From contig CAVWLP010000002.1 in assembly GCA_963755915.1 (NCBI GenBank), forward strand, positions 608,001 through 672,000: 64,000 bases of DNA, read 5' to 3'. The translations under genes were made by a program, and so were the position numbers. The DNA is from an uncultured Phycisphaerales bacterium. GTDB lineage: Bacteria; Planctomycetota; Phycisphaerae; Tepidisphaerales; Tepidisphaeraceae. Below, piece by piece: positions 54,097-64,000 of this stretch. The notes under the pieces are model-generated. The model made no database searches and was not told the DNA's origin. It saw nothing but the letters and a program-made list of their open reading frames with translations. Position 1 is the first letter of the stretch, and the number at the start of each line of letters is the position of its first letter.

Positions 54097-56394
54097 TCAA
54101 ACCTGTGACCCAACGTCTTCCGAACGCGCCGCGACAATAGCGGTGTCGTTGCCCGCATGACTGTTTCCGTTTCCTGCCCCACTGCCATTGCCCCCCCCAT
54201 TTCCTCCGTTGCCATTCCCCCCATTGCCGTTGCCCGCAAGTGCACCGCCGTGCCGTCACGGCTCGTTGGCGCTGGTGCAAGGCCACATCGTAGAAATTCG
54301 TCATATGACTGGGCCGCGACAGATGGCTCGCGGTCACGTCGTTTACCACGTACCCCATCATGTTGGCGTTGACCGATGTCAGGGCCTCGCGTGCCCGCTC
54401 GGCGATCCGCCGGATCGATTTGTTGGCCCGAAGCACCAGGATCGTCGCGTCGCACGACGCGGCAAGGATCGCGCATCGGCGAAGGGCATGATCGGCGGTG
54501 AGTCGATCAGAACCTGGTCATATTCCGATCCCGCCGCCTGGAGCAGATCAAGAAACGCGTCGCTGTTGAGCAGATCGGCCGGGTTCAGCGGCACGGGCCC
54601 GCACGCGAGGACTTCGAGTCCGCTGATTTTCGTCCGTTGGACCGCTTCGCGCAGGGTTGCACTACCGCTGATCACGCTGGTGACCCCGATTTCGTTGCTC
54701 AGATCAAAGGTCCGATGGAGATCGGGATGCCGCCAGTTGGCGTCGATCAGGAGCACGCGCCGGTCGCTCTGCGCAACCGCGATGGCCAGGTTGCTCGCCA
54801 GCAGCGATTTTCCGTCGCCCGAGGCGGGGGAAGTAATCAGGATGGTCTTGGTATGCTCGCGGGTGCGGAAGCCAAAGTGAATCGCAGTTCGCAATGTGCG
54901 GAACGCCTCGGCAGCGTCCGATCGCGGGCGAAGCTGAACTTCCAGCCCGCGCTTTGCCGTCGACGATCGCGACGAAATCCGGGGAACCATTCCAAGTTCC
55001 GGCAAGCCCAGCAGGGTGGAGAATTCCTCGAGCGAGCGAACCCGCTGGTCGAGCATTTCACGCACGAACCCCAGGCACAGGCCAAGGATCAAACCTGCGA
55101 TAACCCCTTCACCCAATGCCTGTGCCCGGCGCGGCCGCACCGGAATCGGGCCGGGCGTCGCGGCCTCGAGAACCGATACCGTGAGCGCACCGACGTTTTC
55201 CGTGACGTTCACTTCCTTCATCCGGCTGTCGAGAAGATCCAGCTCCGCTTCGATCCGCCGAACTTCTTCGTTCATCTGGTCGTATTCGATCCCCTTGAGA
55301 TTGCTGTCGACCGCCAGGTGACTCTCGGTGATTTCCTGCGCTTTCAGTTCCAGGACGCGCCGATTCTCGACCCGAAGCAGATCCGTGAGATCGCCGAAGA
55401 TTTCCCCCCCAAGCCGCTCAAGGCGGCCCAACTTTTCGATCACCTGGTTGTTTTGAGATCCCAGGCTGTCCGTCAGATCACCCAGGTCCCGCCGCGTCGT
55501 TTCATATTCCTGGATTAAAAGAGGATCCAGGAGCCCCGCAAGACTGCTCAACTGAAGTTGATTGAACAAATGCCCGATCCCCACCTGGTTGGTTGGGTTT
55601 CCCCGGGCCAGCGAGGTCAGATATTCCAGCTCACTTACGGTCTGCTGAGCCTGCAAAAGGTTCGACCTCACCACGGAAAGATGATCCATGGCCGCGGTGC
55701 CCATCCCCGTCTGGAACGACATTTCCGGATTTGCCTTGCGGAAATCCTCGAGACTGCGCTCTACTTTCGCCAGTTCCGCTTCATGCCGGTCCATTTCCTG
55801 CTGGAGGATGTTCAGCACTTCTACCGCCGTCGAGCGGTGCTGTTTGCTTTGATACTCGATGTACGATTGAACGACGCCATTGACGATATCCGCCGCATCT
55901 TGAGGATCGGTTGATTCCATCGACACCGTGGCAAGATTCGCCTGCTTGCCCGGCTCGGCAGTCACCGTCCCCTTGAGGAATCCCACCGGATCGGTCATTC
56001 CCTCCAGCACGTGAGCGTGCGCCACGACAGGCAATTGCGCTGCGCTGCTCAGGTTGGCGGTCGAAGTGATCACCTGGCATTGCGTATACAGGTATCCGCC
56101 CGGAACCGAGTCGTCTTCGCTCAACTGGTCGTTGATGGCCTTGGGAACCGACTGCTGGATGTAAACGACGGCACTGCTGCTGTAGATGGGCGTCGCGTGT
56201 TCGAGATAAAAGAAGCTTCCGATGATGGAGGCAACCAGACATGCGGCGATCAGCCATCGCTGCCGCCAAACGATCGTGAGAATCCCGACCGAAGTTCGAC
56301 CGGGATCACCGGCGTGGTTCGACGAAACGACGATCTTCGACGGCCGCTGCGTCGCCAGCGCCAGGCTGGTTTCAAACCGCTGTGAATTTAGCAT
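54097..56394 (-). CDS. wzc: Wzc-like polysaccharide co-polymerase / BY-kinase (frameshifts in the C-terminus)
   Basis: Wzz N-terminus (WRQRWLI..TPIYSS), coiled coil, second TM, AEAFRTLRT, Walker A SPASGDGKS, VLIDSPP. The reconstructed tail ends ...SEDVGSQV* at 54097. Confidence 0.88.
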
Positions 56395-57513
56395 TTCATT
56401 CCCTACTCGAATCGCAAAAGACTACGTCTGTCCAACACTACAGGATGTTTTAAACCGGGAGTCCTTGCGGTCGCAGGCTGTTTGCCCATCCCCGAGCGGT
56501 TCTTCGAACACCCACGGCGGTTGTCAAAAGGTCAGACCCAACCTGCCACCTGAATAATCCCGCTGCCGGCCATCGTGCCGTCTTTCGCGCCGATCCACTG
56601 AATGAATACCCGCCCCGAAAAGCCAGACCCGGCGCACGGCATGCGAAATGACTTTGTTTCTGCAACGAGAAATCCAGCGGGAAACATATGACCGCTGATT
56701 CTGCCCCGAATGTCGGCACGAAATCTCCGAGACTTCGCGCTGGAACATCGGCGCTGCGATAAAGATTCAAGCCCCGAACCGCAGAAAGGTCGAAAAATGA
56801 TCAACGAAACCGCGACTGTGCGCGGAAATGCATTCCCAGCATGCCGACCTTCACCCTCTTAACATTCTTACCCGACGGTGAAGGGCGTCGCATGATCACC
56901 CACTGATTCTTCCACAAACACGGATTCGAAAAGCCCGAACCGCATCACTCCTTGTTTTGATTCAACTGCTTCACCTCCAAAGTTAAACGTGAAATAGAGC
57001 CCAACTGCTCCTTTTCCAAAAGGACACCCGACTTGTTCAATCGTTCACAACGATGTGGGCGCTTTTCACTTAAGCACTCAACGCGCCAATGCGTCCATTC
57101 ACCCAGACTTAAATGCAAATCTCAGACCGTTATAGCACTATTTGTCTCTCCGGCCGCAGATTTTGCGCATTGCAAATACATCGGCCCAGCCCAAAGCCCC
57201 CGGGGCACGCCGCTGCAAACGCCAATATCCGCGATAAAAAGCCAAGCAGAAATGAATTGTCAAAAATCGCGCAAGCACCGCTTGAGGAATATGAATTAGA
57301 ATTCGAATTGCGTGAAAGTGGAGTCTGAGGCGGCGTAAAAGGTACGCTCGAAAACGCCGCGGCTATCGGATTGCAAGCAAAGTAGGCAGACATTTGTCCC
57401 TTCCCAAATCAATCAGGCGAAACTATATCGCTCGAAAATCATATGTGTCAAGCAATATATCCCAACGGGACGCATTTGATTTCGAATCAGCTTCGAATTT
57501 TTCCGGCGCTGAT

Positions 57514-59298
57514 TCAGTACAAACCCACGCGCGGCATTCTCCCGCGCAACCATTCACTCCTGCTTAAGAGCGCACTGTCGAATTGTTCAGACATACCCGA
57601 CCGAAGTTCGGGCAATTGCGCAATTTTGGATTCACCAACTTGCCCCAAGTGCATCTGCGCCGGAAATGGCGTGATTGACCGCACATAGAACCCGGAATCA
57701 TCCTCCCACGAGACCGACCCGCTCGGCTCCGCCTCCGACATCAGTTTGTCCAGGGTCGGTACCACCATTGGTGGGCTCTGCAACCCAAACAAATCCCCAT
57801 ATCCGAGGTACATCCGGCTCAGAAGCAGCCAGGCCTGATATCCCTGCGGCATGTTCCGCGGAAGATCGTTGAACTGGAAGCTGCCGAATTGCGCGGGCGC
57901 CCAGTTCCTTCATTACTGTCTGGTATCGCGGATTATCGAGAATCGACTTCCCATCCGGCTGCCGATTGATCGCGGCCACAATGATCTGCGGATAAAGCGC
58001 GCCATACCACCGCCCATCCTTGATCGCCCAAGACGGAGAAATGAACGGCGTCGCCAGATAATGCACGGTCACGCCGTTGCTCGTGAACTGGCGAATTTCC
58101 AATGTCAGCTTGACGGTCGAATTCGACAGTTGCTGGCGAACCGCGACGTTCGCAATATTCTCCAGTGCCGTGAGCGATGTCTGCAACCGATCCGGATTAC
58201 GCGGCTGATTGATGATCGTCAACCCCAGCGCGCCGCGCCCGCGGTGGCGGGATCAACGTAATAACCCCACTGCGGCCCGATCGCTCCCAGAAAATCCTTC
58301 TGAAGATCAAACCCCAACATCTGACTGACCTGCTGGAGCGCCTGGTGGAATTGATTTGCCGTGTCCGGGCTGATCTGCTGTATGCCATTGTCGATCTGAG
58401 TGAAGAGCGCGCTCAGATCAACCGAACAGCCGCCGGCCATCGTCGCGGACATGGGAATGAGCGAGAGAAAATCCTGCCCGAGCGGCACATTCGCCGCGGG
58501 CGCGAACAATCCCGTTCGCGTTCCCGGCGCGGAAACAAAGAGGCGTGATCCCCAGTTTTTGCCGTCAAATCCGTCCGTCCCAATCGCATATTTGAGCCCG
58601 CCCAATCCCAGCGCATCGCGAATCTGCGGCCACATCGCCGCCGATTGCTGCGGCGCGAACTTCTCGACCAGCCCATCGGTCGTTTTCAAAAGCGCCGCAC
58701 CATCCACGTACATCGCCACCACCGGGTCACTCAATCCGTGCGACATCGCATCCTGGAACTGGGCGTTTTGCGCCAGCGGGTCGGACGGATGTTCCGGATA
58801 ATCAAACGTCGCAACCACCAACAGCGTTCCGAATGTCTGAAGGCGCAGCGGCGTGCCTTGCGGGGCTTGCGAAATGATTTGGGACACCTTCTGCGAAAGC
58901 GCGGCCGCGTCATCCCCGGCATCGCACAGGATCGCGATCCTGGGGACGGGCTGGCCAGTCGCCGGCAGATCCACGCCCCCAAAATAAATTGCCGTCGGGT
59001 GATGCAGGACGGACATCGCCAGGTTCATCACCAGCCGCGCCTGCTGGGCCGCGTCCTCATCGCCGCTGGTGAGCGAATCGACCAGTCTTGGAATCGAATC
59101 CGAAAAGAGCTGCGAAAGCTGGGACGCGTCCATCACCGCTTTCAGATGCGAATTCGCATATCCCGCCCCGAGGTCATCCGACCCCTTGCACCCGATAAAA
59201 ATCTGCGCATCGGCGGGGATTCGATCGGCCAGTGTTTGCGAAAAGGCCGCGACAGGGGTGACGAGGATCGCCAGTAAGGCTACAATGGTTGCCCGCAT
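57514..59298 (-). CDS. Secreted hypothetical protein (DUF3352-like, frameshifted)
   Basis: Signal peptide MRATIVALLAILVTPVAAFSQ then LADRIPADA; continues through ORFs 58219-, 57698- and 57514-. Confidence 0.6.
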
Positions 59299-61593
59299 AG
59301 TCTTCTCCAAAAAGGATGGGCACGAATTTTCTTCGAGAGATCTACAAACATCTTGCCGCGCCCTTCCAGCAGCCGCAAGGGGCGGGTATGAGCCGGTCCT
59401 CGCCGGCTCGGCGACACGGCGCTCACCAGGAAAATCGCGGCGATTCCAATCGTCAGCCATCCCAGGTCGGGATGCATGCGGTTCACGATGCCGTGGGTCA
59501 GCGGCGCGATTTCGACCGGCCCGCGCATGACGCGCACAAAAAACGTAATGCATCCGATCACCGTCAGCACCAGGTGCCAGAGGGACATGCGCACGGAAAC
59601 GGCGACCATGATCGCGGTCATCGCGGCCGGAAACATCGGATACCGGGCCGACATCTGCGTGAGAATCGCCGGGAAAATCACCCACGGCGAAATAATCGCG
59701 ATGAGGAAATGCGGATCGCCCCGCCGCAGATGAATCGCCGCCCCAACGCCGCACAGAAATACGCACAAAAAGAAAACCGCCCCCAGGAACTGGCGCATGT
59801 CCGGCTCGATCGGACTGGTATTCAGCGGCGTCTGAAGCGAACCGACGGGATCATGCACGCCCCAGTCAAATCGCTCGTGCAAAATCGCCGCCAGGTTGCT
59901 CAGCGATTCGTTCCCGATTTCCATCTGCGTGTGCTTGATCGTGCCAAACTCAAATCCCACGTCCCACCAGGAGAATTTTCCTCCCAAGCTAAACGCTGTC
60001 AGCCATAGTGAAATCGTAAACACAACCGCGAGCCAAAAGGCAATAAACTGCCGCGGCATGATCCAGGGCAGCACGAGAATCGCCGCGGAAAATAAAATCA
60101 GCACGCATCTCGCGCCCCACCCGACTCGCCCAGACGCGCAACACGAGCAAGGCCGCGCAAAGCATCGCGATCCCAACCGCCGCTGAAACGACCCAGCAGA
60201 GAACCTCCGGCGCGGCTTCGTCGGATGGCTTGCGCCGAATCCGCCGCATCGTCCATGGCAAAACCTCCCGCAAATATCCCGCGATCGGCTCGTGGAAAAA
60301 CGAGAGCAGTACCACCATCACCGCCGCAAAAACCGTCGCAAAAATATAGCTTGATGCAAAGGGCGAAGTCACCAGCCACGGCCAGACGCAAATCCCCGCC
60401 CCCATCGCCATACCGACGACGATCCGCAAAAACCGCATCGGCCAACCTGCGATGAGCGGCGCAAGCACCAGCACCGGCGCGGCGAACAATATCTGCCCCT
60501 TGAACATGCAGCCGATGCCGATCAAAACCCCCGCCGCGAACCACCCATTCACCGAAACCAGGATCGCCGCTCCGAAGAAAGCGGGGAAAATCCACGGATC
60601 CCACTGCGGCCACCCGTGGCTGTCGATGATGATCGCCGGATTCAGCCAGAAAAATGTCGCCGCCACGATTCCACACACCGGCCCTCGAAAAGGCGATGGT
60701 AGAAACCGTGCCAGCGCGACCACCGACACAAACTTCAGCATAACAAACAGCCACCAGGCAAGGCTCGTAAACCGCTCGTCAATCGGCCCTGTCGCAGGCG
60801 CGGGAAGATAAACCGACCAGTTGACGTATCGAGACAGAACCGCACAAATCCCCAGGGCCGCTACGGGCAGCAAAAGCATCGGATCGCCCCACCCGCCGCC
60901 GTCGAACTTCGCGCCGCGCTGCACCCAGATCCAAACGAGCAAAACAATTTCCAGCGCCCCAACGGCCGTGCAGGCGGTATTGCTTGTCAGCAGCGGCCGG
61001 GCAACCTCGTCGGTCACAAGGCGTGTCTTGCCGGTCGCGGGATCATGAAAGATCTGGGGCCGAAATGGAAATCGCGTCAACCCGGGAAATTCCCCCTGCA
61101 CGTGCCAGGTCCAGAGCGTCACGGCCAGCAGGCGCAGGGGCGGATAATCCATCGCCTCCACCCGGTCGGGATAGGGATGGTCGTAATCCCCGACCCAGGC
61201 CTGAATGATCTGCCCGTACACCGGCCGCAAACGTCGCCAGCGCTCGAGGAGATTGTGCAAATTCAGCGGCGGATCGAGCAGCCCGGGTCCGGGAGTGCCG
61301 ACCGTCGCAGAACCTGGCGACGATATTTCTTCCGCGCTTCGCAGGAGCGCATCCGAATGCACGAGCGCATTCTGAATGTCATCGACGCGATAGGCCACCC
61401 AATAGGCCCAGAAATCTTCTCGCACCTGGACGCCAATCACCGCGACCTGATGGGCGAACCAGATCAGCAGGATTGCCACGACAATGGTTGCGCCAAGCAG
61501 GGACAGATTTCCGCGAAGCGGGATGCTCTTGCGGCCCCGCGATGAGCCTGTCGCTTCCAAAACCGTAACCGATAGTTGGTTCCCCTGGCTCAT
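59280..61593 (-). CDS. Polytopic membrane protein, probable GT-C fold glycosyltransferase (frameshift ~60100)
   Basis: DYPP motif, NPAIIIDSHGWPQWD, FKGQ and MSARY among many TM segments, resembling GT87/mannosyltransferase-like proteins. Confidence 0.6.
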
Positions 61594-61693
61594 TGGCGTG
61601 CCGCCAGTGTACACGCTGTTGGTCCACTGTCGTGCTTCCGCCAATCAATTTCGGCCCGCTCACATTCCTGGCCGGAATCGTCTGCAATTCACG

Positions 61694-63134
61694 CTACAGC
61701 CCGTCGGTCGGCGTTTGCGGGCGAACCCCGATTGAAATCTCCGTTCCATCCGCCCCATGAGCCATGAAGCAAATTCCCGTATCTCCCTTCTGGAAACGGA
61801 TCGGTCCCACCTCCCCAAAAATTTCCGTCGGGGCCTGCGCCAAATACGCCGGAACCAGATCACCAAGGGAATTGGGCCAGGCGCCCTTATCCTGCGCGAT
61901 ACTGCGCGGCCGCGACCAGCGCGCGCGTCATTTGATCTTCCAGCAACTCGGCGCGGCAACGGTCCTCGCATTTCCAGGTGCTGGGCGATGTGGCACTGAT
62001 AATCATGTCGGCGATGCGCTGGCTATAGGCGTCCCTGGTTTCCCCGGGCTGCGGCGCGAGGGTGGGCTGGGCAGCGGCGGCGTTTCGCATGGCGCTGATT
62101 CCAAGATCGAACAATTGGCGAGCGACCACTTCGTCGCGAACGGAGGGTGATTGCAGAATCTTCCGCATCTGGTCCAGCGTGCCGTTGATCGTCCGCATGA
62201 CCGAATCCCAGTCCACCGAGCCCCGATCGATTTGCCGAATACGCCTCAGGAACCGGGCATCATTGCCGGTCCAGGACTGGAAAAGATCGGTTCTGCCCAG
62301 GGCGATCCATTGCGCAAAGTCGAGCATGCTCCAGCGTTCGCCCGAGTCCTCGGCGTCCCATAGCGGGGTCGGCGGCGGCACGCTGTCTAACGCTGCGGCG
62401 AGCTTGGCGCACTGGCGCTGGAAAATATCCCGGTTCCCACGGCAGCACCGATCGCTCGGTCCGCCAGATAATCATTGGCCGCGTCAACCAGGTGGCCGAG
62501 GTAGGTGTACCCATCGCAGCGCCGGGTAAGGCGCTTCGCCGCGATCACGTCGGCGAGGAATCCGTCGAAATCGGCCTGGTTGGCCCGCAGAAGGGCGCGG
62601 GCACAAAGCGCGTTCGACATTAGCCGAATTTGATTGAGCTCCGGCAGAAGGACCATGGCGAACGTCCCGTTGATGGAGACGGCCGGCGCCACCACTGGGG
62701 CTTCGCCGCGGCCTGCTCGGCCAAATCCAGCCAGGGCTTCTGGTTGGTGAGATAATCGGCGTAAGCGGGAAAATCGGCCGCCTTCCACAAATGCTCCTCC
62801 GACTGATCAAACGGGCCTGTCCCGCCGAAGTCCTTCCATGTGGAATCATTTTGGGTCAGATTCGCCGCTCCGAGCAGAACGATTGTTTTTGCGAGCCAGC
62901 TTCGCGGAAATTCCTTTGGACCGACGGCTCGAATGTAATCGATGAATCCATTTTTATCCGGAGTCACGCGTTGCCCAAAGCGGGCATTGAGGGCGGCCAC
63001 ATAATCGACGCTGCCATCCTGCGCAGCGGCCCGGTGATCGCGGTTGTCTCAGGCGAAACCGTAAACGGAGGGTTGGCAATTGCCGCGGCCGAGGAAACGA
63101 GCAGGCAAAAAACTGCCGGGAAAGTAATTTTCAT
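61694..63134 (-). CDS. Secreted helical hypothetical protein (multiple frameshifts)
   Basis: Signal peptide MKITFPAVFCLLVSSAAAIA, FTVSPETTAITGPL, AALN, LLPELNQIR, WPNSLGDLVPAYL pieced together across several ORFs. Confidence 0.55.
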
Positions 63135-63223
63135 AATCGAATCCTGCCTCACCTCATATGACGTAATCCCTGACAATTCTTGCTGGATTGGATTAGATCA
63201 ACCCGCCGGGGGGTTATATAGTG

Positions 63224-64000
63224 ATGCAAATGCTCAAGAAACCGTTACTGGCCGGGGGGCTGCTTGCAGGGGTGCTTTCCCTCGCAGCCTGGGGCCAGGC
63301 GCCTGCGACCCGCCGCTCTCCTGACGCCATCGTCGCCGATATGGCATCGACCACCGACCAGTTGCAACAGATGTTGCTTGGCGATCCGCTTGAATCGGCC
63401 GAATCCCGCCAAAAGGCCGCGCCGCAGATGATGCCGCTGATCAACCACGTTCTGTCGCTGATCGATGAGCTACAGGTATCGCAGCCGGGCGGCAAGGCCG
63501 AACTCGATGCATCAAAGATGCAGTTCTACACGCTTGCGGCCATCCTCGACGATCCGACTCAGATCGCGGGTCTGAAAACAATTGCCGCCGGAACGGATCT
63601 CGACGCCACCCGCGCCAAGGCCGAGCTGGCGATCGCCGATTTCGACAAGGCCGACAGCGACCCCGAGAGAAACAAAGCCCTCGACCGGTTCGACGCCGCC
63701 GTCCTCGCCGCCCCCGGCGACGACCCCATATTGAATCTGCTTACCAGCGCGACTCTGGATTCGTCCGGCTCTGCTTCCATTTATCAGCACCTGCTCAAAA
63801 TCGTAAAGGACGACGCCTCAGCGGCATCGGCCGACGAGTTGAACATCTTTTACGCCAGTCAATTGCAGCAGCTGCAAATGGTCGGCAAACCTCTCACCGT
63901 CGAAGGGCCAACCCTTGGCGGTCAGAACTTCTCGAGCGCCCAGTGGACAGGTAAAGTAATCCTCGTCGATTTCTGGGCTACCTGGTGTCCCCAGTGCATC
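63224..64000 (+). CDS. TlpA-family thiol:disulfide oxidoreductase (redoxin), truncated by the window end
   Basis: Starts MQMLKKPLLAGGLLAG (signal peptide); the same frame ends the window with GKVILVDFWATWCPQC. Confidence 0.88.
   Translation, partial: MQMLKKPLLAGGLLAGVLSLAAWGQAPATRRSPDAIVADMASTTDQLQQMLLGDPLESAESRQKAAPQMMPLINHVLSLIDELQVSQPGGKAELDASKMQFYTLAAILDDPTQIAGLKTIAAGTDLDATRAKAELAIADFDKADSDPERNKALDRFDAAVLAAPGDDPILNLLTSATLDSSGSASIYQHLLKIVKDDASAASADELNIFYASQLQQLQMVGKPLTVEGPTLGGQNFSSAQWTGKVILVDFWATWCPQCI

Noticed and set aside
55816-55828. ops-like GGCGGTAG on the minus strand
   Set aside because: It lies inside wzc coding sequence, lacks the correctly spaced downstream TG, and is expected by chance in GC-rich DNA.
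56445-56495. c-di-GMP-I riboswitch-like words on the minus strand (GGCAAAC...CGCAAGG...CCGGTTTAAA) before wzc
   Set aside because: There is no room for the GNRA-capped hairpin between the motifs. An Rfam scan would be needed; not supportable by eye.

Overview
GC-rich bacterial window, probably from a planctomycete (inferred from the DUF1580 gene, the integrase N-terminus and typical secreted hypothetical proteins). Many genes are broken by single-base frameshifts, most likely long-read assembly errors, so several ORF-track fusions and splits are artefacts. There are three blocks. (1) From <1 to ~23.77 kb is the right arm of an integrative conjugative element inserted at the 3' end of tRNA-Asn(GTT). 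It carries a P-type T4SS segment (trbC-D-E-J-J-L), a small ribbon-helix-helix regulator, an AAA/DUF4143 ATPase, a two-partner secretion pair with a ~3,180-aa adhesin built from 75-aa repeats, a GAF-PAS-HD-GYP protein, two genes truncated against each other, a DUF1580 excisionase-like gene and a tyrosine integrase. (2) From ~27.5 to 56.4 kb is a minus-strand polysaccharide locus: wzc, a NusG paralogue, a WecA-GT4 fusion, a Wzy/ligase-like gene, wzm/wzt, 12 further glycosyltransferases, a GMC oxidoreductase, a radical SAM enzyme and a methyltransferase, with one MFS-like gene on the opposite strand. (3) The flanks hold secreted and membrane proteins and a truncated TlpA-like redoxin. The best candidate for an undescribed system is a shared GGTAT-N5-ATACC operator over the promoters of the RHH gene and the trb operon, with half-sites at the excisionase-like gene. 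This suggests one repressor controls both transfer and excision of an adhesin-carrying ICE.
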